Shown here one piece after another: positions 8,573 through 18,316 of a stretch of 35,677 nt of DNA. Position numbers and translations under genes: made by a program. The DNA is from a virus (Duplodnaviria; Caudoviricetes). The stretch is taken from positions 1-35,677 of IMG/VR virus record IMGVR_UViG_3300022178_000152. One strand, written 5' to 3'. Numbering within the stretch: position 1 is the stretch's first letter; each line of letters starts with the position of its first letter. The notes below the pieces were generated by a model. The model was not told where the DNA came from, made no database searches, and saw only the letters and a list, made by a program, of their open reading frames with translations.

Positions 8573-11023
8573 ATGGTAGCTTTCGGCCCTTCGTATAGCA
8601 CAGTAGTTAGTGCAGGTAGATTAGGTAGACTTCAAGGTGAGTCTCCGGCTGAGGCCGCAGATAGAGCCGCACGTGAAAACCAAGCGCAAAGATTAAACAC
8701 ACAAAAAATAGAAGACAACGAACTACGACTACGCAAGATGCGAGACTTAGAACGCTACAGGTCTGGTCAAAATGTAATAGCTGCAAACTCCGGAGGTATA
8801 CAATCACCTTCTGTTGGTACAGATTATACAGGTGCATTAAAACGCAACGTGTATGCCAACAATGATCCTGCGGCGGTACAAGCTGGAATAAACTACACAA
8901 GAACTAACTATGAACAAGAAGCATTTGGTACTCCTACTGTTGCTACTGACTTAGCCGATGGTACTGCTACTGCCCCAACTAAAACAGATGTCAAGGTTAC
9001 TAGCAAAACAACTACACCAGAAACTGTTGTACAGAACCTAGCACCTGTATGGGCTAACTTAGAAAAAAGATATGGCTTACCAGAAGGTTATTTAGAAAGC
9101 ACTGCTAGAGTAGAAAGTTCTCTTGACCCTAATGCTCAAAACCCTAATTCATCAGCAGGAGGATTGTTTCAATTTTTAGATGCCACTGCTGCTGAGTTTG
9201 GTTTAACAAACAAGTTTGATGCCGTAGCTTCGTCTAATGCTGCAGCCAAACTAGCTGCAAGAAATGCTAAGTCTTTAGCTGCAGTACTAGGACGACAGCC
9301 TACAGCAGGAGAATTATATCTTGCACATCAACAGGGTGCTACTGGTGCGGCTAAACTACTAGACCCTGCAAACTATGATGTACTTGCCACTAGCGTAGTT
9401 AATGATCCGCAATTTATTTTACTTAACGGTGGTAATGAACGTATGACTGCGGGGCAGTTTACTCGTATGTGGTTAGCTACTAGATGGACTGGTAGTACAG
9501 CAACAGGTACAGGCCAAAAAGATTTTTCTGTAGCTTCACCTAATGAGTTACCTGGCGGACTACAAGTTACAGCATCTAGTATTGTAGACAAAGCAATGGC
9601 TTCTGGTGCAAGACCAGGGGCTAACGCCGCTATAGAACTACCGACATTTCCTAGTGGTACAGAAGGCGATGGGTTTGTTCCTGTAACTTTAAACGAAGGC
9701 ACAACAGCCGCGGCTGTGTTTGACTATAACCCACGTACAGGTGAAGTTCGCCCTCGTGGGGCAAACGCTGAAATTTTATTTGGTGGTTCTGATACAGGAC
9801 GTGCTAATATACAAAGTCAAATATTTAATAAGTATAGCCTTGGTGCAAAAGTAGCACCTTATCAAGATGCACAGCAAAGTGTTGCAGAGCTTACAAAGAA
9901 AGCAGCACTACTAAGAACTCAAGTAGATAACGCTTCGGCTGAAGAGTATGCGGCTAAGTTACAAGAGTACCGTGATACATTGGCTCAAATAGAAACCGCA
10001 AAAAACCAAGTGCAAACTACTAATGCAGAAGTACCAGGGCCGTATCGCAATGTTGGAGATGTGTTTACAAACGAAGGCCCTGAAGCAGGTATAACTAGAA
10101 AGCAAGAACTAGATAACCTCAAGAAAATAGAAGCTGATAAAAAAGCTAGGGAAGCAGCTCTTAAGTTAGCTAACTCTGATGCTGATGATAAAGATAAAGA
10201 GAAAATATTAGTTGACGTACTTGATAAAGCTGGACTTAACGTAAACCCTAAGAAGAATGATGGTACTATAAAAGTTAATGCGTCTGTGTATTCTTTAGAC
10301 CCTGAAAAATATAGACTAGCTGAAGCTACAATAGCTAGCGCTAATGAAACTATAAAAACTTTAGCACGCGCACAAGCACTACATAGGTTGGCAGGTAACA
10401 TATCAGCAGAACTAGAAGCTGAACAAAACATTACTACTATCAAAGCAAAAATGGAAGCCACAAGGGGCTACCTAAAAGGTATGGGTATACTCCGAGAAGT
10501 TAAGAAGGGTGACTTAATGCCTTTTGTAAATCTAATGGCCAACACTTTTAAGACTAATGACATAGAACTTAGAGAGTCAGATGGCGCGGGTGGTAGATGG
10601 ACTTTGTTTGTTAACGGTGTAGAGAATCCAACAGTAAAGGGTATGACAGTAGACGAAATATCTACACACATTGGGTACTTGTTTGACCAAGACTACAAAG
10701 CATCAGTGAGTGCATTAAGCAAAAGCACTGTTGAGTTCCAACAAGAATTACAATTAGAATCACACAAGGCTGCTCTCAAATATACAGGCGAGTTAAATAA
10801 AGCTAGTACTGATGCTGCAAGACAAGTTATACTTGAACGTATTAAAAAATCTAATAAGTTTACTGCTATGGGTGATACAGGTACACAATTCCAATACACT
10901 AATGACCAAGGCCAAGTACGTATTATGAATACCGATGTGCCAAATGCAATAGACCCAGATGGCTTACCAAGTACAGTAATATACCGCATAGAAGGTACAG
11001 GACTAGTACCTGTAGATAACTAG
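8573..11023 (+). CDS. internal virion protein with lytic transglycosylase (SLT-like) domain
   Basis: YGLPEGYLESTARVESSLDPNAQNPNSSAGGLFQF (catalytic ES and GLFQ motifs) and ELYLAHQQG at about 9040-9490. Confidence 0.85.
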   Translation: MVAFGPSYSTVVSAGRLGRLQGESPAEAADRAARENQAQRLNTQKIEDNELRLRKMRDLERYRSGQNVIAANSGGIQSPSVGTDYTGALKRNVYANNDPAAVQAGINYTRTNYEQEAFGTPTVATDLADGTATAPTKTDVKVTSKTTTPETVVQNLAPVWANLEKRYGLPEGYLESTARVESSLDPNAQNPNSSAGGLFQFLDATAAEFGLTNKFDAVASSNAAAKLAARNAKSLAAVLGRQPTAGELYLAHQQGATGAAKLLDPANYDVLATSVVNDPQFILLNGGNERMTAGQFTRMWLATRWTGSTATGTGQKDFSVASPNELPGGLQVTASSIVDKAMASGARPGANAAIELPTFPSGTEGDGFVPVTLNEGTTAAAVFDYNPRTGEVRPRGANAEILFGGSDTGRANIQSQIFNKYSLGAKVAPYQDAQQSVAELTKKAALLRTQVDNASAEEYAAKLQEYRDTLAQIETAKNQVQTTNAEVPGPYRNVGDVFTNEGPEAGITRKQELDNLKKIEADKKAREAALKLANSDADDKDKEKILVDVLDKAGLNVNPKKNDGTIKVNASVYSLDPEKYRLAEATIASANETIKTLARAQALHRLAGNISAELEAEQNITTIKAKMEATRGYLKGMGILREVKKGDLMPFVNLMANTFKTNDIELRESDGAGGRWTLFVNGVENPTVKGMTVDEISTHIGYLFDQDYKASVSALSKSTVEFQQELQLESHKAALKYTGELNKASTDAARQVILERIKKSNKFTAMGDTGTQFQYTNDQGQVRIMNTDVPNAIDPDGLPSTVIYRIEGTGLVPVDN

Positions 11024-11032
11024 GAGACAATA

Positions 11033-14000
11033 ATGGCCAACAGAACTTTGCGGTATGGACAAACTCCAGACGAAGCAATGGGTATAGGACTACGACCAAG
11101 ACCTAATGATCCTTGGAGTGCAGCTGCCGCAACAGGTTTAGGTGGGCTTACTCCGTCTGCGGCAGATTCGTTAATACAAAAAATGCCTGAGTCTAGTATA
11201 GGTGATTTTGATTACAGCGTTCCCGAAATGAAAGCATCTCCTTCAGGAGGTGATGATATATTATTTGATTCTGGTTCAGGTACTATGTCTGTTAATGGGT
11301 TTGAGTTCCAAGTAGATGACTATGCTGATGCTGTAAGGTCTAAAGAATATTTAGGCCAAGGTGGAGTGCCTCGTAAACCTGGAGCTTGGTCGCCGTTATC
11401 CAGAGAACAATACTCTGAATACCTAGGGCGTATTGAAGACCCTACTCTTGGCACTAGATTTAAACGTAGCTTTGAACTTGGTACGCAAGGACTAAAGACA
11501 TTAGGTGGTGCAGGGCTACAGTTCCTTGGCGCTGAAGAACTAGGTTCTGGTATAGTAAACAGAGCAAGCGAACGATCAGAAGAACTATCGCCATTTCAAG
11601 CTAGTGCTGCAGATGTAGCTAGCGGTGAACTTAGTGCAATTGAGTACGCTGTGTCTATGATAGGACAACAAGGCCCAAATATTATAGAGACTATCGGCGT
11701 TGGCCTTGCAGGTTTTGTAGCCGGTACTGCTACTACTGCTAACCCAGTAGGTGGTGCGCTTGCATCCGTAGGGGCTATGTTTAGTAAAGCCGCATTTAAA
11801 AAAGTTGCTAAGGAAGCGGCAGAACAATACACTAAGGGCGGTATAAAAAGTTTAAGTGCTGCCCAACGTAAAGCACTATCGCAATTAGGTGGCGCAGGCG
11901 CGGCTACAGCGATTAACAATTATGCTATTGGTACAGCTGATATATACAACGAGCAACGAGAACGTGGTGCAGGCGCAGGTGATAAAGATGCTAGAGCCAT
12001 AGCAGCAGCACTTGGTATACCATATGCAATTCTATCTACAATACCAGAAGCTATAGCAGCTAGTAAACTATTTGGGTTATCGGGTGTGTCACCTAGTGGT
12101 GTAGCAAAAAGATTATTTAAAGGCGCTGTTGTAGGTGGAACATTAGAAGGTGCTACCGAAGCAGGCCAAGAAGTTTTAAACATGACAGCGGGTGGGCGGT
12201 ATAGAGCTTACGAAGATGATGAATATCTATCACGCATAATTGAGTCTGCTGTTGCAGGGTTTACAGTAGGTGGTACAATCGGTGGTATTGTTAACTTACG
12301 TAAAGGCAAACCTGTTGACGCATTAGGTAGTGCTACGGAAACAGAAGTAGAGACTGCACCAGAAACAAAACCTTTGCTTGCCTTACCGCCGCCTGAACAA
12401 AATGTAAATCCGTTACTTGCGTTACCTTCGCCTACAAGTATACCAGGGCAAGTCATTACACCTCCGCCGCCTATTGCAACACCTGCACCTATCGTAACAC
12501 CTGCACCTGTTGAACCTGCACCTATCGTAACACCTGCACCTGTTGCACCTGTTGCACCTGTTGCACCTGCACCTGATAGTACAGGGCAGGCAGAGATGTT
12601 TACCCCAACTGAAATGGGTTTAGATACAGCTACACAAGCGCGTATTACTGGGCAAGAGCTACCATTTACTGAGCAAGAGCTACCATTTACTGGCAACGTA
12701 CTGCGCCCAACTGTACAAGTGACTGATACACAAGCAGAATTAGAAGACCAAGGGCAGCTACGATTTACTGAATCATTTAACGCTCCGCCTCCGCCACCCC
12801 CTAGTAGTTCAGCCATGTTCGAAGGACTTAATCCATTACGACAGGCTATGAACCAAGCTCAAGAAGATCAACGTAAAGCTGAAGCTGATAGAACACAACG
12901 AGATGCAGACTTCCAAGCTGCAGAACGACAACGATCCAAACAAGCCTTTGAAGATACACTAACAGTAGATGAATACGTAGATGCTACTAGCTTGTGGGAT
13001 CAGTTTAACGACAGCCGCAAGAAGCTATCTAGTAAAGTTACACTTGATTCGCGGCAAATGGATGCTCAACGAGAGTGGGTGCAAGCTGTGCGAGAAGGTA
13101 CTGCTAACAAACAATTGTTTGACAAGCTACGTAAAACTAAAGCGCAACCTAAAGGCCAACGTGAACCGCTAATACGTAAACCTAACGAGCCTGATGGCCC
13201 ACCTACTGGCGGTAAAAAAACGCTAAAGAAAAAAGCAGAGCCTAAAAAGAAAACTCAGCCAAAGAAAACACTAAAGAAAAAAGCAGAGCCTAAAAAGAAA
13301 ACTCTAAAGAAAACTCAGCCAAAGGAAGCAGTGGTAGTAGAGCCTAAGGTAGAACCTAAACCAGTAGTAGAAGAAGACTTAGTAGTAGAAGAAGACTTAA
13401 GTGTAGGTCGTGATGCTTACAATGACTTTAAGAAACAACGTAATAACTCTACACTGCCAGAGTTTGCTAGTCTATCTGCATCAGAGCAACGTAGCATAAA
13501 TACTAAAGCTACTAAGGGTACACTTACAGATGCTGACCTATCTAGCGTAGCTCTTAACGCCCCCGTAGGTACTTCGTTAGAACCAGAAGAACAAATATAC
13601 AGAGACTCTAGCGTTGACGACATGATTTCTAATATAGAAACAGAAGTAGGAGCTAAGTATAAACAAAACTTATACGCTCTTGTACGTACTGCTTACTTCT
13701 CACCTACTAAAGGCAAAGGTATAACAAAACGCAGTCAGGCTAGAGAATACCTAGATGATTTTATTTATAATGATGATAGTCGTGCAGTTCTATTAGTAGT
13801 AGCTGAAGAACTGGACACCATTAATGTTATGGATAAAGAAGGCGTTAACCCTGGGTTTACTTTATTACAACAGCAAGGGCTAATACCTGACTTACTAAAT
13901 GTTGGCGTAGAGTTTAACACTGCTAAAGCAGGAGGTAGGGTAGCAACCCCTGCAAATATTAAAGAAGAGTTAGCTAACACAAAACCAAATAATAACACAT

Positions 14001-17000
14001 CTATTATGGAATTTGTAGATGCTATGAAAGAAAAACCTGCAGGTCAAAATCGTGCGTCAGGTAGGTTCTCACTTGATGGAGCTGTCACCGAAGATGGTAC
14101 ACCTGTAAGAGCCATGGCTAATGGTAGAGTGCGTATGCTTGCACGTCAGTTTATAAACAAACTAGAAGTAAAACCAAAGCTATTTGTATACAGAGATCAA
14201 GCAGACCTCAAAGCTAGAAACCCCCAGTTACATAAAGCCGCCGCCGCCGCACGTACTGAAGGAGACTTCGACACACAAAACGCAGTAGGCTATGCGTTCG
14301 ATGGCAGTACAGTTATTATATTCTCAGATAAGATAGCTAACCAACAGCATCTAAACTTTGTCATGGCTCACGAAGTATTAGGACACTACGGACTACGTAG
14401 TATTGTACCTAAGAAACAGTTCAATGCTCTAATGGAGAGCTTGTATGATAACAACGAGTATGTTCAGTCAGCAGTCGACAGTACAATGGAAGCGTATGGG
14501 CAAAGCAAAGCTGAAGCTGTCGAAGAATACATAGCAGACTACGCCGCAGTTATAGACACATCTGTCATAGCACGTATATCTAATGCCATTAAGAAATTTC
14601 TTAACAAGTTTGGCGCTAAGTTTGGTGACGAGGACATCCGCTACCTTGTAGATCAGTCGAGAAAATACACACGAACAAACTCTAGTGGCGGTGGTCAGCT
14701 AGTTATCATGTCCGAAGTAGCACAACAGTACAAAGACGTGACAACTAATACAGGAGAAGCTAGCACTGGTAGGTTCGCACCTGCCACTAACATGCGTGTT
14801 GCTAATATAATAGCGGCTAAAGCCATGGGTCAGGGTAAACCTCTACCTACTAACTGGGAAGAGATATGGAAAGAAGCTACCTCTGGCGGTAAAGATATTA
14901 AAGATAGGTTCGACAGATTCAGTGCTAAGTATCTTAGCTTATCTAACTACCGCGCACGTAAAAATGCAGGGCTTGCTGACATCCACCAGATGTTTATGGC
15001 TCATGGTAACATAGCTAGTGACGTACGTATTCGTGCCAACGATACTATGAGGGCGGCGCTTAACAGGAAGTTCGGCCCCGCAGGACAGATAACTAACGAG
15101 CAAACTAATACAGTAAACACAATGCTATTCGATGGGCAACGTAAAGCTCTTAACCTATTTAACAACCAATATGGTAAGGTATCATTACTACAAATTATAG
15201 ATGGTAAGCCAGAGACTATAGACAAAGAGTTAGCAAGATTAAAGAAGATGGGTACTAGAACCCTACAAGAATTACGTGATGGGTATACGTATCAAGATGT
15301 GTACCTAGATGAAAACAATGTAGAGCAGTCTAAAACTGTGGATGTTAAAGGTATACCGAACCTTACAGACCAAAGTATAGAGTACATAGCTTACAAAAAA
15401 GTACGTGAAGCTATGGATAACGTAGAGATAGAGTTAGTAAAAGCTAAGTATAACGCATACTTACAAGAAAAAGCTAACGTAATGACTAACCTTAACAACT
15501 TGATACGTGATAATGGTAGGCTAACAACTGAAGACAAAACTGCTATTCGTGGTATCATAGACTACATGGGTGAGTTGTACGTTACAGACCTAACTACTGA
15601 CAACAAAGGTATGCTTGTACCATCCGCTACTGCTATGGCAAACGCAGAGAAATATATAGAATCCATAAACAAATATCTTATCGGTGCTACAAAAGATAAA
15701 GGTAAGACAGTACAAACTTTCTACGAAGGTACTAACAAAGCTAAAGGTCAAGATGTAGTCGCACAACTAGACAGCCTACGTAGTCGCCTGCTTAACGATG
15801 ACAGTACTAAGTTCCTATTACAAGAAGAAGTACGTAGGGTTATGCTTTCAGACTATCTAAACCGTGAGTCAGACCTATATGCCAAGCGTTCGATAGCAAC
15901 TGGCTACACCCCCGTGATGAGAGAAGGTCGATTCCAAATACGTATACAAGCTAAAGTTAATGGTAAGGTTGTACAGTTACATGAACGACATCAAGACTTA
16001 CTTGTATACAAACAAGTAGATAAAGCTAGTGATGCTGAGCGTCTTGCAGGTACGTTCAACGAAGACATGGGTAAAGTTACTAGTTTTAAAGCGCTAGTAA
16101 AAGATACAAACACAGGTGACTTTACTACGCAATCAGTCACACTAGAAGCTGTGTCTGAAGCTGTGCTTGACAGTGTATCTGGCCCACCTGAGCTTAACCT
16201 AAATGATTTTGTACGTGGTATACAGTTCTTTGATATTAACCTATCGCCTACCAAGATGGAGCGAGTTGTTACAGGCCTTACTAGACAGAACGCAAGCGCA
16301 CGACAACGTCTTGAGCGTAGCTTTACCCCCGGGGGTGACCTTGATGGTGTACTCTCAGTGTCACAACACATAGATAAACGTGCCGCTACTATAGCTAAGA
16401 CACAGTTACGCCCTGCAATGACTAACCTAATGAACCTAAACCTACGTGAATCCAGAGAGAAGTGGCGTATGGATGGTAGCGAAACTAAACAAAGATTAGC
16501 TAACTTAAAAGCTATGAAGGAAGATATGTCGTTACCACAAGCAGTACGCACTGACGCTTCTTACCAATACGCAGAGCTGGATAGTATGGTAAAGAACACT
16601 CAACGTGGTGGTACAAACTATGGTAACGAGTACCACGCGGAAGCGGCTAGAGGTATTGACTTCCTTAATAACAATCGTGACGTATCTATGTCGGACTTTG
16701 AAGCTAGTAAGATGGCGGCAGGCGTTCGCTCATTCGCAAGTTTGTTTCAGCTAGGTGGTTCTATTGCTACAGGTACGCTAAACTTTATAGGTGTTTATGT
16801 GAACGGACTACCTTATCTATCTAGTCACAACAGTAAGACAGGATTTGGTGGAGGATTTGGCTTTGCATCTATAGGTTCTATAAACAAAGCTATGGCTGAC
16901 GTTGGTGTTAGGGGACTAGCAGGAGATCAACTACAAAGATTTGGTGCTAAGAATACAGGGTTAAACTTTGACAGGGCTGAGTTCTACGATGGCGTAGCCA

Positions 17001-18316
17001 AAAGCAAAACACTACAGGCAGAACATAACCTAACTGAACTAGAAGCTAAGTTCTTAGCACAAGAGATACGTGAAGGTGTGATGATACCTGCACAGAGTAA
17101 CGCCATGATGGGTCTATCACGGGGCAACATGAGTAAAGCATGGATGCAAAAATTTGTAGACGCTTTCATGTATCCGTTTAACGCAACTGAACGCGGTGCG
17201 CGAAGAGGCTTTGGCCTTGCGGCGTATAGACTAGAGTTTGCGCGACTAAAATCAGTAGGTAAATCAGATGCAGAAGCAAACGCAGGAGCTACTAAGTTTT
17301 CTGTTGAAGCCATAAACAATACTATGGGTGAGTACTCTGTTCTTAACAGACCAGATGCTTTCCGTAATGGTTGGATGTCTTTTGTCTATATGTATAAGGT
17401 GTATCCAGTTACATCCATACAGATGTTTGCTAACCTGTCACGCAATGGTAAGTTAGGTATGCTAACTAGCCTTATAGTTATGTCAGGTATGTCAGGTATA
17501 CCACTAGCAGAAGACTTAGAAGACTTGATAGATACTTTAGGCCAAGCACTTGGGTTTAAATCAGGTAGCGTAAGGTTCGAAGCGGCTAAACTTCTTGAGG
17601 ATTTATACCCCGGATCATCTAAGTTCTTACTTACTGGTGCGCTCAATCAGGTAATGCCTATAGACATTGGTGGTCGTGTGTCTCTAGGCAACGTAATCCC
17701 TGGGACAGGTTTCTTTTTATCAGGTTCAGATAAATACAGAGAAATCAAAGACATATTCGGCCCCGCCTATGGTTTCCTTGAGCAGTCAGGTGAGTTTGCA
17801 TACTTAGCCGCATCTGCTCCGCTCTCCTCTACAGTAACCACAAGTGATGCACTTCGCAAAGCCCCCTCTACTACAGTAAGAAATTTTGCTGACGCATTTG
17901 CTTACTTAAAGAATGGTACTGTCGTAGACAAACGTGGCTATACTGTGACGGAAGACATGGGTAGTATGTTACTTCTAGGTAGGCTGTTAGGTTTCTACCC
18001 TAAAGAAGCCGCTGACCAGTACGGAGCGATCAAGTACGCTAAACGAGTTACTGATTACCAACGTAGTGTAACCACGGAGTTCAAGCAGGCATGGCTTAAA
18101 GGTAATAAAAGCCAGAGAAGAAGCATAGAGAAAAGCGTTAAAGAGTGGAACAAGACAGCCAAGGGTACGCCTATGGAGATTAGAAACTTCCGTAAGAACG
18201 TACGCAAAGCAGAAAAAGAGGCACGCAAGACTGCCGCCCAACGTACCCTCAGAAGTTCTCCGCTTGCCGCACGTAAAGACTTGGACAAGTTCTTTGAAGC
18301 TATGGTTGCAGACTAA
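11033..18316 (+). CDS. large internal virion/ejection protein (2427 aa), polyvalent-type with zincin-like domain
   Basis: Gly/Ala-rich hydrophobic N-terminal region, low-complexity linkers, AHEVLGHYGL...AVEEYIAD metallopeptidase-like motif near 14370, helical C-terminal region. Confidence 0.75.
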   Translation: MANRTLRYGQTPDEAMGIGLRPRPNDPWSAAAATGLGGLTPSAADSLIQKMPESSIGDFDYSVPEMKASPSGGDDILFDSGSGTMSVNGFEFQVDDYADAVRSKEYLGQGGVPRKPGAWSPLSREQYSEYLGRIEDPTLGTRFKRSFELGTQGLKTLGGAGLQFLGAEELGSGIVNRASERSEELSPFQASAADVASGELSAIEYAVSMIGQQGPNIIETIGVGLAGFVAGTATTANPVGGALASVGAMFSKAAFKKVAKEAAEQYTKGGIKSLSAAQRKALSQLGGAGAATAINNYAIGTADIYNEQRERGAGAGDKDARAIAAALGIPYAILSTIPEAIAASKLFGLSGVSPSGVAKRLFKGAVVGGTLEGATEAGQEVLNMTAGGRYRAYEDDEYLSRIIESAVAGFTVGGTIGGIVNLRKGKPVDALGSATETEVETAPETKPLLALPPPEQNVNPLLALPSPTSIPGQVITPPPPIATPAPIVTPAPVEPAPIVTPAPVAPVAPVAPAPDSTGQAEMFTPTEMGLDTATQARITGQELPFTEQELPFTGNVLRPTVQVTDTQAELEDQGQLRFTESFNAPPPPPPSSSAMFEGLNPLRQAMNQAQEDQRKAEADRTQRDADFQAAERQRSKQAFEDTLTVDEYVDATSLWDQFNDSRKKLSSKVTLDSRQMDAQREWVQAVREGTANKQLFDKLRKTKAQPKGQREPLIRKPNEPDGPPTGGKKTLKKKAEPKKKTQPKKTLKKKAEPKKKTLKKTQPKEAVVVEPKVEPKPVVEEDLVVEEDLSVGRDAYNDFKKQRNNSTLPEFASLSASEQRSINTKATKGTLTDADLSSVALNAPVGTSLEPEEQIYRDSSVDDMISNIETEVGAKYKQNLYALVRTAYFSPTKGKGITKRSQAREYLDDFIYNDDSRAVLLVVAEELDTINVMDKEGVNPGFTLLQQQGLIPDLLNVGVEFNTAKAGGRVATPANIKEELANTKPNNNTSIMEFVDAMKEKPAGQNRASGRFSLDGAVTEDGTPVRAMANGRVRMLARQFINKLEVKPKLFVYRDQADLKARNPQLHKAAAAARTEGDFDTQNAVGYAFDGSTVIIFSDKIANQQHLNFVMAHEVLGHYGLRSIVPKKQFNALMESLYDNNEYVQSAVDSTMEAYGQSKAEAVEEYIADYAAVIDTSVIARISNAIKKFLNKFGAKFGDEDIRYLVDQSRKYTRTNSSGGGQLVIMSEVAQQYKDVTTNTGEASTGRFAPATNMRVANIIAAKAMGQGKPLPTNWEEIWKEATSGGKDIKDRFDRFSAKYLSLSNYRARKNAGLADIHQMFMAHGNIASDVRIRANDTMRAALNRKFGPAGQITNEQTNTVNTMLFDGQRKALNLFNNQYGKVSLLQIIDGKPETIDKELARLKKMGTRTLQELRDGYTYQDVYLDENNVEQSKTVDVKGIPNLTDQSIEYIAYKKVREAMDNVEIELVKAKYNAYLQEKANVMTNLNNLIRDNGRLTTEDKTAIRGIIDYMGELYVTDLTTDNKGMLVPSATAMANAEKYIESINKYLIGATKDKGKTVQTFYEGTNKAKGQDVVAQLDSLRSRLLNDDSTKFLLQEEVRRVMLSDYLNRESDLYAKRSIATGYTPVMREGRFQIRIQAKVNGKVVQLHERHQDLLVYKQVDKASDAERLAGTFNEDMGKVTSFKALVKDTNTGDFTTQSVTLEAVSEAVLDSVSGPPELNLNDFVRGIQFFDINLSPTKMERVVTGLTRQNASARQRLERSFTPGGDLDGVLSVSQHIDKRAATIAKTQLRPAMTNLMNLNLRESREKWRMDGSETKQRLANLKAMKEDMSLPQAVRTDASYQYAELDSMVKNTQRGGTNYGNEYHAEAARGIDFLNNNRDVSMSDFEASKMAAGVRSFASLFQLGGSIATGTLNFIGVYVNGLPYLSSHNSKTGFGGGFGFASIGSINKAMADVGVRGLAGDQLQRFGAKNTGLNFDRAEFYDGVAKSKTLQAEHNLTELEAKFLAQEIREGVMIPAQSNAMMGLSRGNMSKAWMQKFVDAFMYPFNATERGARRGFGLAAYRLEFARLKSVGKSDAEANAGATKFSVEAINNTMGEYSVLNRPDAFRNGWMSFVYMYKVYPVTSIQMFANLSRNGKLGMLTSLIVMSGMSGIPLAEDLEDLIDTLGQALGFKSGSVRFEAAKLLEDLYPGSSKFLLTGALNQVMPIDIGGRVSLGNVIPGTGFFLSGSDKYREIKDIFGPAYGFLEQSGEFAYLAASAPLSSTVTTSDALRKAPSTTVRNFADAFAYLKNGTVVDKRGYTVTEDMGSMLLLGRLLGFYPKEAADQYGAIKYAKRVTDYQRSVTTEFKQAWLKGNKSQRRSIEKSVKEWNKTAKGTPMEIRNFRKNVRKAEKEARKTAAQRTLRSSPLAARKDLDKFFEAMVAD
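12481..12575 (+). repeat. in-frame tandem repeats (33-bp period x2, then 9-bp CACCTGTTG units) encoding a Pro/Ala/Val linker
   Basis: ACCTGCACCTATCGTAACACCTGCACCTGTTG at 12481 and 12514, followed by CACCTGTTG copies. Confidence 0.9.
12652..12692 (+). repeat. 21-bp-period in-frame duplication (QELPFT x2)
   Basis: GCAAGAGCTACCATTTACTG at 12652 and 12673. Confidence 0.9.
13223..13398 (+). repeat. Lys-rich 48-bp-period duplication and 18-bp VVEEDL duplication
   Basis: 34-bp exact repeat at 13223 and 13271; AGTAGTAGAAGAAGACTT at 13363 and 13381. Confidence 0.88.

Noticed and set aside
84-18288. Many - strand ORFs opposite the structural arm (e.g. 1587..2099, 7403..8017, 12208..12816, 15991..16551)
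   Set aside because: Antisense shadows of long, motif-bearing + strand genes; no recognisable domains.
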